A stretch of 64,000 nt of DNA from Microthyrium microscopicum. Lineage: Eukaryota. How positions within the stretch are numbered: the first letter of the stretch is position 1; the number at the start of each line of letters is the position of its first letter. Location of the stretch: NCBI GenBank assembly GCA_010405405.1, contig MU004232.1:1755481-1819480 (forward strand), in the 5' to 3' direction. Positions 20,052 to 33,356 of this stretch are shown here, one piece after another. A program made the translations under genes and the position numbers. Under the pieces are notes generated by a model. It did no database searches. It saw nothing but the letters and a program-made list of their open reading frames with translations, and had not been told where the DNA came from.

Positions 20052-23000
20052 GTCGGCTTATCCGGTCGACACCGATTCAGTCGATTCTGCTAGTATTACC
20101 AAATATCACTATTCATGACTTTGTGCTTCGAGCAATCTGGATACAAAGCGAAGAAGTAGCATGGCTCCATAGTCCGCTGGTGCAAATCTTCTAGTGCAAT
20201 TAATCTTTAGAACATTCCAAAGACTACTCCTTGTGGAAATCCTGACCTACTGTCTATAGAGTGAATCCGATACAAATACCATCCCCAAAGAACATGCTCA
20301 GAAATCCCACGCAACAACAGCTCATCGGCGCATTCATCTCAATTAACTATAGTACGCAGTGAAGTCATATTGAGCCGCACTTGCCCACGCCTACTCCAAG
20401 CGCCCGTACATCAATCTCCAGAGCTCAAGGATCAAGCTCTTCACCTCCCGTAAATAATGAACTTTTATATTGCCCTAGAATCCCACCCATCTGGATTGTA
20501 CAGCTGTCAGCCGCATCAATGCGGCATCAGGGCCTTCCGCGCTCTTCGAGAATACTCACTTTCCCTGTGCTGCCCTAGAGTGCTTTGTACAGGTCCCGGC
20601 TCCAAGGTCGATCGCATCAGTCATCTCGCTCTGTCTCCGTGCGCGTACGATTGATTGTTTTCTCACTAGTGCTGTCCCACCTGCGTGGACCTGGCTTTTT
20701 GTATTCTCTTACTTTACCAGTCTATCTGGTATTCAGAGTACTCTATCACTTAGCCTCAACTCCACTTGGAATGTAATAAGTCGTCGAGCTAGACATTTCC
20801 CGCGCAAAGGGCATTTGCCACGCGCAAGACGCACCGCGCCACGCAAGGACATATATTCGCGCATACTGCACGTCGCTGCTTCCAGCACGATCCGCGGCAA
20901 GCATCTTGTCTGGCCCACCAGTCTGGTGGCTGCGCGCAGCTAGATGCATGCCCCGTAGATGACTGGGGGCCATGAGATTATGGGCGTGCTTGTTGATCCA
21001 TGCGCGTACTGGCATAGGCTGTCCGTGGACGAAAGAGCGCGGTGGGCGCGGGAAGATGGAATGGGATGTACCTACCTGAAGAAGTTGTTGGGCCTCGGTG
21101 TTGATGGGTACAATGACGCCCGAGTTGGGTGTGCTTTGATGCGGATATGCGTATCGGGGAACTGAATTGTTTCCGATGTCGAAGATGATTTATCCTGGAA
21201 GGAGAGAAGCAATCTAGGTATGTGGTAGAGGGTCTGAGGCCAGTTGCTTTCCGCTGGTTACATGCGCTTTGACGACTTGCTACGGTGTACGGCGGCGGCA
21301 GAGTTCCGATATCACGCGTGGATGAGAAGCATTGTCTAGGCTGAGGACTCGGTTCCTAGCCACTGGATTGTACGTTACACAATTTGGGCTGAAGAATCCC
21401 GGCTCCGGGTTATCTAGACTGTCTTACCACCATAGCAAGCCACTCCAGCACTCACAGTATGAAATCCGATATTGGTCAAGGAGCAGCCGTGGTAAGATTC
21501 TTCAGCCTCGTTACCATCAGCTTGGCACATCATCCTGAATCCCACGCGACAACGTGTGACGGTGACAACGTGGAAGAAGAGTGGAGCATGCAAAAGTAAT
21601 TCCTCGTAAGGTTATTGGTGATAGTCGTGTTCCAGTTTCGCCAGGTTAACGCTCGACCGTTGATTCATGGAGAACGCCATGTTCACACCGCCAAAGGCAT
21701 AACTCAACTCTGCGCCGACCGCAATCTTGCGATGCAGAGAGATGAAAGCGCTACGCGGAAGTCAGGGATGGCCGGTGTATACTGTCACAGGAACACAACT
21801 AAACAGTGCGCATGAAATCAAGGATATCCACCTTGAGATACATCGCGGAGGTAAGGATCGATCGTTTGCGGCACGATGTTTCTTCAGCTTCTTGTTCCTT
21901 GATGTCTGCGCCTCGCCTGGTGAATAGCTGAAAGTGAAAGTTTTCTTGAAAAACAATCATGGAGGATCCGTTCTGCGTTATCCCACGATCTGCTCAACAG
22001 TGGAAGTACGGAGCTACCAAATTGGGAAATATAAGGCCTCCAACAGGGTGTGGAATGTCCCGCCCACTCTCCCCGTGATCTTTGTAGGAAGCAATTCAGG
22101 GAATGTTGGCTATGCTTGCTGGATGAAAAGAAAATATTCATTAGTGAAAGCGTTACGTTCTCGGTCAATCCGACTCTTATGTTTCAAGGCATGTCATACC
22201 AACAGTCCTAAAGAGAAAGACGCACAATGCAATATCATTCTTCTATATTGTGGAGAGAAAAGAGAACATGAGGCTCACCGTGTCATGTCAGTCGGTCGAG
22301 TGTTCATCTGTCATCGGCATCTCTCCCAACTGGTTGGTTCAATGTGCAACAGCAAATGTGTCGTCTGTCCAAAGATGAGATCAGATTGGTTCCTGGGACC
22401 TCGACGTTGAATCCCCTCTCGCGGGATTTCCAGAACAACGATTCCGACCGGCATCATCCGTACACGGGCCGGTGCGACGGAAGCTCCAAAGAGAATTGAA
22501 TCATGAAAGGGGTTTCGGATTTTCCACAAAAGGTCGTCAAATAGGTTGCATTGGAAGAGTGATAAGTGAGTCGAATCGTACGACAATATTTACAGTCAAG
22601 GATTCTTCGACAGGGATAACTGGCATAGATTTTGACATTGTCCAACATTGTCCAGATCTTGTCCCTGCTCTTGATTCTAGAAGTCCATATTCTAGCTTAC
22701 AAAACGACTGAATTTGTGGTTCTCCTGAGAGTTTTCATGTTTGACCGGGACGGAGGACCGGAAGCTTCTTTTACGCCGAACCTGTCTCAGCATCCGTAGT
22801 GGGAGCGAGATTGCTTTGAGACAGGTACTTTTTGCCTTTCCTTGGTAATTCTATATACGGAAAACGGGCTGTTGATCTCAGCTGGCCACGTTCCTTGGAA
22901 AAGACTCAGTGACGGGTTGTGGCGCTCGCGAGGATGAATCGGGACGATACTTCATCAACCAATAAGAACAATGCGATCTAGGATCATCTCCTCGAGCTTG

Positions 23001-25105
23001 AGACATCATATTGATGATCGAGAGGCACTGTTGATAAGTCTTCAGTTTAATGCTATGATAGTTTCCTTTGTAACGAACTAACGATTGAGCGATTTGGCAA
23101 CGGTTCAACTCCAACCACAGTACCAATTCCACTGAACCGTTAGCAGAGCATAAACTTCGTCCATCTTGAAACGGCCAATTATTGCGCTCACTACTAGCAG
23201 ATCCTGCCAAGAATACGGGCCGAAATGCCGACATAACCTTAAAATCTGTATAATTGTTGTAGTCTCAAGTGAAAGACAGGTTTGGACCGCAGGATGTACT
23301 CTAATCTATAAAGCTAAAACACCGATGAAATGTTGATTATCGTCTTTGGCAGCGCGATTTTATCCAGATTTGAGTGGAATCACTGGCCATGAACTATCAG
23401 GTACCATGGCTTGCAATCAAAGCACTTTGAAGCCTCGCGAGGCTATCTGTAAATATCAAATGGGTCCGAAAAGGCCACGACTATACAAATATCCGAAACA
23501 TTTGGATTTGAATATTAACAGTGACATCAGTGTCCTTTTCCAGTCAAAAAGATTCAAAGTGATCAAGTCTTCAAGCAATTTACCAATCGCTTAGCCTGTC
23601 CCAAGTACGCGGTTTCTCCGTGCTCAGAAACAGCGGCAGCTGTCTTGAAACTAGGCGATTTGTAGTTGGCGCTCGCGCCCGACCACCTTTCTCTCCGCTT
23701 AAGAGCATGTAGCGTGGATGCTCCATGTCTCTCGTTGGTCGCCACTCTCTCACGCCCACACGGCTTGCAAGCCCTGGGCTGGGACTGGTTGTTCACTGGC
23801 TGCTTCAGATGCACACTCGCTCGGAACACACGGTTCGTAAGTCTATGCTCTAGACAGGATTCGAGTTTTTCCAGTGAACGGGGATTGCCTTGACGAGCGA
23901 AACAGCCCATCTTCACTACTGGGAATAAAACAGATTATCAAAGTCAATATCTTCAGTCCTAACCCGCCTGTGAGGATCAATTGCAGTGGTGAAGGGGACG
24001 GATGTTCATCCACATACCTTGGCGCCCAAGCGCGTTTGCTATCTATCACCAATTCAAATCGACTTCTTTTCAACTTTGGCCATTGCGCAAAGATCAGGCA
24101 CAGCTCGGTCTTAGGTCCAAGCCGTTGCTGGTTTGGCAGTGCACAGAATGCTGCCAGTGCTTGGCTTGGATAAATCCCACACAGGGACCCCTTGCCAACA
24201 GTGGCTTCCACGGCTCCAGCAACGCGGATTCGTCAGTTCGTTCCTCAACTGTATCTTTACAGGCAAGACAGGCCATTTCCAGTAGGGGGGTTTAGCAGGG
24301 GTCGCAGAGACAGGCCAACCTGAGCGTCAAAGTGGCTCCAAGATGGGTTCACCCTGCTTTTGACCGCTGGCAAGGCTTGAGCCTTGAGGCAATGAACAGT
24401 CTGAACTATCATTATCTAACCAATATTCTCCCTTGTTTGCCAGCGCCGAGCGGGCTTTCCAACTCAAAGAAGAAAGAGGATGAGGCACTCTCTGAACAGT
24501 GAACAGTGAAAACTGAAGCAGACCCAACTTGACCCTCTCTTAAGACTTAAAGGGAACCGTCCTCCCCGCGTGCCCGTTCCATTGTCCAACCAAACCCGCA
24601 GCCTGGCAAGTCCCCAATCCACCAAATCCCAGTCCTTGCGTCTGCTGCCGCTGTCTCGCTCAACTTAAGCAAGTCCCAAGTCCCAAGTCCCAGTCCCGTT
24701 TTTCATCCGTCCCAGCAAACATCTTGCCTTGCCCCGTCCCGACTTGCTGGATTCTCCATCTTCATCTCTCTCCACCTTTCGCTGCTGTCTCCCGGTTCAA
24801 CTCGTCAACATTCACCACTCGCAACCAGTCTACAAACCAGTTTTCTAACCTTGACCACTATTCCAACCTCAGCCACTCAATCCATTCCCCTTGTCATCAA
24901 TCGGCTCCTTGGCCTTCCAAGTGCTAAGTTGTCACTTCAAAGGCCACCAACTCTAGGTTCGAGATTGGTCTCTCAACTGGTCCCTGATATAATCTACATA
25001 CTCTTTCTTTTAGAGGACAGTTAGTTCGGCTCGCCAGCTACAAGGCTTCTTTCCACTAGTCGCATAACCTGCATCGTTTTTGTCGAAAGCATTATCAGCA
25101 TCAAA

Positions 25106-26259
25106 ATGAGCGCACCCCAGCCAACATCTTCTGGTGAAAACCAAGGTCGACGGGCGTCTTTGACCCGTGCCTTTAGTAAAATCAGACAATCATTCTCGAA
25201 ACGATCATCGATATCAGGAGAATCAAGTTCGAAAACGGCGGCATTATCTTCCACACAACCTGCTCCAGCAGCTACCTCCTCTACCCTTCCTGAAGCAGGA
25301 CCAATCAGGTACGCTCATTCCTATGTTATGATGCAGATAATCTTACGTTGATATAGCTTCTTTGGGCCCGAGCTACTTGAAATCGATGAACAAGCAGAAC
25401 ATACAGCAGCTCCTTTTGTCTCTACCGGTCCTATCAGTCGAGGGCACGATGCACAGACGCGCGCTGTGATGCATGGGAACGAATTCAACCTCGATGTGAA
25501 AAGCCTAGGACTCGAGCTATTCGACGATGGCCCACGGCTCAATCGACCTCGTGTTGAGAAGAAGATCAGGATGCGAATCCGACACAAATGCCACAAGTGC
25601 GAAACCAGCTTCTCACAGAATAAACCTTGCCGTAAATGCCAGCACGAACGGTGTCGAGAATGTCCACGCGATCCCATGCGAAGGAACAGAGAAAGGTCCG
25701 ACTTGAATCAATCCATTCGACGTAGGGAATCCATTGTTGCTGAAACTCAAAATACAGATCTCAAATTCAACGACGCACATGATCAGCAGTCCCTATCTCC
25801 CATACTCTACCGGAGCACTCAGGCCCCAGGGATGCAGGGAGCACGGATTGAATACACCTGCCACAGTTGCGAAAGTCTCTTCATTGCAGGAACGGCTCAA
25901 CACTGCGCCAACTGCGGTCATCGCAAGTGTGATGCCTGTCCAAGGAAGCCAGCAGATCTAGTGCTCCCACCAGAAAATCCAAGTGAGAAGGTGATTCTGC
26001 CCGGTGATTTCTTTGGACGCTCAGAAACTCAGCGCGTATGGAAAAGCCCTCGCCAAAGGGTAAAATCGGCATGCCACGAATGCAAAACTGTCTTCCAGCC
26101 TAGCGAGAAGACTTGTCCCACTTGCAAGCACACGCGGTGTGACTTGTGTGTACGCAAGTCGTGAGCTTTCACATTGGGTTCCTCATACGTAAACTAATAA
26201 CTAACAGGTCAAGACGCTCAAAATCAGAAATTGCACCACTGACCCGAGTTCAGTCTTGA
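25106..26259 (+). CDS. Uncharacterised protein (~352 aa) with three CxxC-x9/11-CxxCxHxxCxxC zinc-ribbon repeats (exons 25106-25308, 25357-26160, 26208-26259)
   Basis: Introns 25309-25356 (GTACGC..TAG) and 26161-26207 (GTGAGC..CTAACAG) join the 25106 and 25466 ORFs in frame. Repeats: CHKC..CRKCQHERCREC, CHSC..CANCGHRKCDAC, CHEC..CPTCKHTRCDLC. Confidence 0.85.
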
Positions 26260-26649
26260 TGCAACTATTTACATCACCAGCCATGACTCGTTCGACTACG
26301 TTCGACTATTACCACCTCCATCTCTGGGGTCCCATCTAATCCAAAACTTCCGACTTCCTGGATCACATTTGTGGCGCGGATAGTGCCAACCCGGCCAATG
26401 CTAAGCTATTGAATTAGCTTACCAAATGATTGTGTGCACAGTCACAATGATCAATGAACACAGTGCACGAGTTTCCCATTCACAATCTTCAATATCAAAA
26501 GCACAATACGTTCTTCTTCATAATTTATACGTCAGCAAGATTTCACGGGAGGCTACTCACAAAATGGGTACTCCTAAAGAATTCTCGCTCATTTCCCTCA
26601 ATGTCACGACGAATCCGACCATGATGCTCAAATCATTTTCTTACAACAT

Positions 26650-27630
26650 CTACCGCTACGATTGTAGGAGCATAGCGTTGCAGTTCACTCGAGCATTCCG
26701 TCGAACTCTATAGTACACATCAGAAGGTGGAAAGAAAGATTTGTCCCTTCGGTTATAAGGAAGATGCATCACGCTGCATTGCTTTGCGTCAGACTGTTGA
26801 TAGATACCCCGACTCTACTTTGAAGGCATTGGCCTCCAATCCGTCATTTTTCAGACGTCAATGAGTTCGTAGAGTAATAACAACCTTTTTCTCCATTTCA
26901 AAGCCTTCAATTTACCGAGTCTCTCTTTTCTCTCTCGCTACAACGCCTAAAGCTTTACTAGTATATCTCTGCATGTGTTTCACCCCATCTCCCATTAGGC
27001 TTTTCTTTTGGCGAATCCAACCGTGACCACCTGTCTGGCCCAGCGCCGTTTCTCCACCGCGCCCTTGGGCCCTTCAGGCAACCCCATTTCAGGCCCATCA
27101 ACTCGCCTATTTTCCCCATCCACGTAGACCTAATTCACCAGTTTATTTTGGCTTCTCGCGTGTCACTTTATACCAGAAACTTCCCGTTCCATTTCTCCAC
27201 GTCAACCCCATCTCCCTTGAACTTTCCTCCACCACACTGTTTGGCTTTCCGAGTAGCAAAAAGGACAAGAAAAGCCGGTCCTTCGATCAGCCAATCGGTG
27301 AGGAGCCGTTACTTTTTATGCACACTTAGAATTCTTAACGCATCGCTGTTTAGGGCGACGTGCATTTCAGCGTTTTCCTTTTTCTGCTTGATGTTCGTTT
27401 TTCAACCACTCGCGCCACTATAAACGGTGCTATAAAAAAAAGACCTTAAGCGATTCAGCACATTCCTGCGTTGTTAGCTAAGCGCCACTGCTTTGACTTG
27501 GCGGTTGACGCGGCGCGTGGAATTGCAGATCGCAGCGTGGAGGCTGGGTGATCGACAAGAAGAGCAGCGTAGCGTTGTCATCGGGGTTGTTTTCGGGGTT
27601 GTTTTCGCACTACTGTGTGGCTGCTGTCAT
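26650..27630 (-). pseudogene. Possible pseudogene relic next to the RIP block
   Basis: Coding-like minus-strand stretches (e.g. VYVDGENRRVDGPEMGLPEGPKGAVEKRRWARQVV..., LKALKWRKRLLLLYELIDV) are broken by TAA/TAG/TGA that could derive from CAA/CAG/CGA, with at least one frame change. Confidence 0.25.
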
Positions 27631-29329
27631 TCTTTTAGAGAATGTACCTGTAACCTGTGTAGATGAAGAGCATACAAAAATATTGCCTGTGGGGTTTGGT
27701 TGGTCTGTACGACGCTGGGTGGGATGATCAATATTTTGAAGTTACACAACAGCAGGCGGGTTGGCGGGTATAAGGAAAGGTATCAAATTCCTCGGTACCT
27801 GGGCTTGAAGGTAACATCTGGGGGTGGTTGTGGTCAATATTGAATGCTGTGTTACCGTGATATCGAAGATGATGTGCTTTGAAGCCTATCAGAAATGAAA
27901 GAGTTCATTCCAATGGCGTGATTATAATTGTTTGTGTCCGAAAACTGAAAGTTTGGACAAACTTGCCTCGCTATCTGACAGTAACTACTCCGTAGAGCAG
28001 CATCTTTGGGTAGATGATTTAGGTATCACTGTTTGACAGTCCGCATTGAGGGACACAAACAGCAGATGCTCACTATAGAATGGTGTTGCTCTCCCATGAA
28101 AATTTGAGCTCTACATTTTCCTCAAAAACGAGAATGCCAATGTTTTGACGAAAAAGGGGTAAAAGGGGTTGGACTCGGGAGACTACATTCTCAGGAGTAG
28201 CTTCTTCACACGCGCAAGAGTTTTACTTGTGGGGTTACTGTCCGCTGCTCAGTGAGGAAAGCACTGCTGATTTCAGATTTGTAAAGTGAACTGGTCTTTT
28301 GTAGATGTTTGTGAAGCTTTATCTTACTTAGTCAGACTTGCAGCAAAATCATGGCGTTTACTAGCATATATAAGGATATACTCTAGCTAATTAGAGCTTG
28401 TTCTACTTTTTCTAACTTTTTATTATAACGTCTAAGTAACTCTTATAGATATTTATTAGCATTTTAGTTTAACTTTTTGGCTTTACTTACCTATAATGAG
28501 TTTTCTTACAAGATAGGTATATAAATTCTTAAATCTACTAAAAAGAAATTATATAGAATTAACTATACTTTTAAATAAATATATTTTTAAGCTACTAACG
28601 CTTCTAATTATTTTAATAATATAATTCCTATATAATAAAAAAAATTACTAATCTAGTTAACTTTTACTCTTTTTTATTAGCTATTAACTATATAATAATA
28701 ATATAATTTTATTACTTTAAAATACTATATAGTACTTTATAATTAGCTACTTTATTACTTTGTACGTTTATTTTTATTATAAAATAGTATAGTTATAAAT
28801 TCCTATTTATCTTTTAGTTAATCTTATATTTAGTTAAACTAGGCCTTCTTTTTACTAAGACTTCTTACTACTATCTCTATTTTACTTACGTAAATATTCC
28901 TATAAGTCTTTATAAGTTCCTAAATAGTTTATATTTACCTTTTATTACCTTTTATATATTTAGTAGTATTCTCCTTAGTTATTTTTATATCTCTAGCTAT
29001 ATATTAGGCTTATATAAGTATCTCTATAAGACCCTCCTAGTCCTTTATTTACTCTTTATAGTAAACTAGTAGCTCTAGCAAAAAGTAGATAAGGAACTAA
29101 AAAAATCTTATATAAAAGGTAGGCTCTAATATTTAGGTAGCTCTAATATTCTAACGTCTTTAATACTTTAATACTAAATAACTATATAAAAATATTAATA
29201 ATATCTTTACTAATTTCTACGTTACTTAGTTCTATTAAGTAAGTTGTAGTAATAGTTTTATTATAACTAAGAAATCTTATAAGCTTAAAAATATAGTTCT
29301 TATCCTCCTTACTTTGTCTTTTAGACTTA

Positions 29330-29547
29330 GTATTAGTATTCTAATACTATTAATATTCTAATATTATTAGTATTTTAATACTATTAAGGTTCTAATACCT
29401 TTAGTGTTCTAATACCTTTAATATTCTAATATCTTTAATATTTCAATACTATTAGAGTTCTAATACTATTAGAGTTCTAATGCTTTTAATATTCTAATAC
29501 CTTTAATATTTCAATACTTTTAATATTCTAATACCTTTAGTATTTTA
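29330..29547 (+). repeat. Tandem array of a 17-bp unit (AATACCTTTAATATTCT-like), about 12 copies
   Basis: Directly visible repeated units such as aatacctttagtgttct, aatacctttaatattct, aatactattagagttct. Confidence 0.85.
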
Positions 29548-29739
29548 AGTATCTCTAGAAAACTTACTTCTCTATAGATACTAATAGTATATCTAGCTTA
29601 CGTAAGCATTCCTACGTAACCTAATAGAACCCTTATATACTCTTAGCTACTCTTTATACTTCTTTCTTAACTAGTAAACATTATCTATAAGTTAGTAAGT
29701 ATAATAGTTAGATATAAGTCGTTATATAGTATATTTTAG

Positions 29740-32500
29740 CAATAATACTAATATTATCTTTATAGTATTATAAATAAAAAGAAGAACTAAATAAGCTAAT
29801 ACCTCTAAACTTTAAAACTAAGACTAAAACTACTATAATCTTAGTACTTATAATTACTATAATAAAACTAGCCTAATTACCTACTCTTATAATTACCTAA
29901 ACCTTATCTTTTTTAGAAATCTAAAAGGTTACTTAAAGCTATATATACTATTCTATAACTAGGATTAGTTAATACTATTTACGTCCTTATATAATTTATT
30001 TAAATCTAGCTATTAGCTAAAACATAAAAGTATATATTATAGTTATACTTATAAAAGTTAACTAGCTATAACTCTTATTTTAAATAAGTTAGGGCCTTAA
30101 GGTTCTTTATATATAGGGGTTATAATATCTTACTTATTACTTATACTAGATAGAGTAAGAGTTTAATACTATATAACTTTTTTATATTAATAAGAAAGAT
30201 TACTTTATAATTAATTCCTATAAACTAATTAGAAAATAAATAATTTAATAGTATCTTAGCTATCTCTAAGTCTAAGCCTATTATTATTTATAGTAAGATA
30301 ATAACCTAGTTAAAGAATATTATTACTAATATTATATCTAGTTAGTATACCTATATATTAATTTTATTAAAGACTACGTCTAGTAAACTCTTCTATAGTA
30401 TATTAAGTAATTCTATCTTTTAGAATAGGATTAGAATAGTTACTATTAATAAATACTACCTAGTTAAATAATAATAAGATTTTAAGTCTTAATTTACTAT
30501 AATTTATAAGCTTTATATAATACTATATTAAGATATTATATAGTTTAGTTATACTAGTATTCTAAGTTTACCTATATAATAATTTATTCTTTATTATAAT
30601 AGATTCTAAGAAAAGGAACTATATAAATAATAAACTACTATTATACGCTTCTTTATTAACTATTAGGATATTATAATCTAGTTTAAGCCTATACTTAAGT
30701 AAAGGTTAGTATCTTTTAATAGACTCTATTAAATCTTAAATACTATAGTTAACTCTAAGGCTAAGAAAGCTATTCTTAAGTTAATTAAAAAGACTATTAT
30801 ATATATTAATAGTAAATTAAAGATTTATATAGCGTTAAAATATTTTTAAGCTACTCTAGTTAGTTTAACTAAGAACTTTTTAAAAAACTAGTAATATACT
30901 TACTTTAATAAGAATAGTATATATTATATTTATAACCTTATTTAAGAAATTACCTTTACTATTCTTAGCTATAATAAGACGGTTTAGTACTAAGAATTTA
31001 AGCTTTTAAGTTTACTTTATTAAATTATAATCGTAATTATAAGTCTAAGACTTAGTATTAATATATTAAATATTATATTAATTATTATTTAAAGATTCCT
31101 AATACTATATAGTCTTATAAATCTATAGTAGCGTATTAGTTATAATAGGCGTAGTTATAGATTATTTAGTATTATTATAGTATTTCTTCTATATTAAATA
31201 TTTAATATATTTAGATAAGAATAACTTAATTTATAGAAAAACATTTAGATAAGTTTACTAACTATTTAATCTATCTAGGTTATATCCTCTTTATATAGGA
31301 CTTAAAATTATACGCTACTTTAATATTAATAACTCTATATTTAGGATAGAGCTAGTCTAAGTATATTATAGCTTAAATTGCTATTAGATAATAGTAATAT
31401 TAAAAGCAAAGCTAATATTACTTTATAAATATTTACTATTATATCTATTACTTCTTAAGTATTAGTTATAAAAACTTAAGAAGCTAATATACTATTAAAT
31501 AGTATACCTAGTTTAATTTCTTTATTCTAATCTAGAGCTAAGGTTAAACCCTATAATAGAGTCCTATATAAATAGTTTATTATTACGAATTATTTATACT
31601 ATTTCTAAAGAGCTATCCTCTATAAGCTAGGCAAATTTCTATTCTAAATAATAAATCATAATCTTATACTAATTTTAAGGTATTATAATAAATATTATTT
31701 AGATAAGTTTTATAAATTAGTTTAGCTAGTGTTTCTATTACGTAAGTAGGCTCTAAATAAGAATAGTTGTAAGGCTATTATAAGAATATAATTATAAATC
31801 TAGTCCTTAGTAGTAGAAGAGGCTATATATATAAAGGATAATTATAAGAGTAAATATCCTTAAGGTAAGAACTAGTTACTAAATAATAATTTAATTAGAT
31901 AGCTAGTCTATTTCTATACTACTAAATTCTCTTCTAATATTTAGTATTCTACCTAGAATAAATTATATATATATATTCCTAATTTAGTTAACTAAACTAA
32001 TACTATTATATTAAAGAGAAAGTTATTATTTATCCTTTAAAAACTAGAAACTATTATTAAGTAGTTATATAAAAATGCTTATAAGGCTAACTAATTAGTA
32101 CGCCTTATAGCTAAAAAAGTAAAACTCTTAAAGAAAATATAAATTACGGCATTATAGTTAGAGTCTTAATTATAGCTACCTATATTATTTTAAACTAGTA
32201 ATCTTTAGCGCTAAGTTCTTAAGAAACTAATAAATAATAAGTTAATATAAGAAAGGGCTTATAGAATATAAAAGAAAGATAAAAGAGTTTATTTATTCGT
32301 AAGTTAGCCTATTAAATATACGTCTACTCTCATTAGTTTATTTAAAATTTCTATATTAATAAATATTCTAATTTTACTATCTACTAAGTATTAGTAAAAT
32401 ATTATAGATTTAGATAATAATAATATCCTAAATAAATATAAAAGATTTATAGATACTAATTCTAAAGATAATACTAATTCTAAAGATAATAAAAAAGATA
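29740..32500 (+). pseudogene. RIP-inactivated RecQ-family (SF2 DExH) helicase, AcademH-transposon-like; ends approximate
   Basis: In one frame, reversing C>T/G>A gives motif I (I-A-R-T-G-W-G-K-S, 30136-30162), Ia (TLQLIP...EQ), G-Q-Y-T-H-V-L-I-S-P-E (~30340), motif II V-A-I-D-E-C-H (DECH 30448-30459), motif III W-F-G-C-T-S-T-L (~30541), motif V I-A-T-T-S-L-G-L-G-V-N (~31030) and motif VI W-Q-R-I-G-R-G-G-R (31126-31152), in correct order and spacing. Confidence 0.85.
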
Positions 32501-33356
32501 TAGATAATAATTTATTTAATTAGCTAATACCTATATTAGATAAAGATAGTATTACTCTATTTACTACTCTCTATACTTATTACTTAACTTATACTTAATA
32601 AAAAAGTTATTTATTAAGCTAAAACCTATTAAGCTAGTTAATACTACGTTATTATTAGATTAGAGTTAGTATAAAATAGTCTTTATCTATAACTTTAGAG
32701 AGAAATAGTTTAATTACTACTATTAAAAGGATTATAAGAAAGAGTATAAAGAAGTATTCTCCTTAACTAATAAGAAAAGGATTAAAGATAAGTAAAAAGA
32801 TATTATATTTAATATTAAAGTAGGCTAGACCTAGTATATAATCCTAAATATTTAGTTTTTTAACTATTTTATTATCCTAGGTATTATAAGGAACTCTATA
32901 GAATTATATAGAATTCTAAAAAGTAGGTAAATATAGTTATATAAGTATTATATTTTACATTTTTAGTTTAAAGGTTTATAGATATTAGTATTTAGAGTTC
33001 TTATTTATTATAAGCGTTATATTCTTCTATATATATTTATAGTATATTATATTTATTAATTTATTATACCTATTTTACCTATTTATTATTATTATAATAT
33101 CTTTAGTAAATAGACATCTAAGCATTAAGCTCTATTATATAGCCTATATATTATAATATATATTATAGAAGAAGCTCTTTATAAGTATAATAATAAGGAC
33201 AAATTTACTAATCTATATAAGATTAGTAAGTATATTAAAGCATTCCTAAGACGTAATAAGATATTACTATAAGTATTAATAAAACCTAGATAGTATTCTA
33301 ACTTAAATCTATTTAAATATAATATATATATATCTAGGTAGGAAAGTCGTTTTAGT

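Noticed and set aside
22878..24530. Cluster of 60-120 aa ORFs on both strands upstream of the zinc-ribbon gene
   Set aside because: No consistent strand, splice pattern or recognisable domain; likely long intergenic or promoter DNA.
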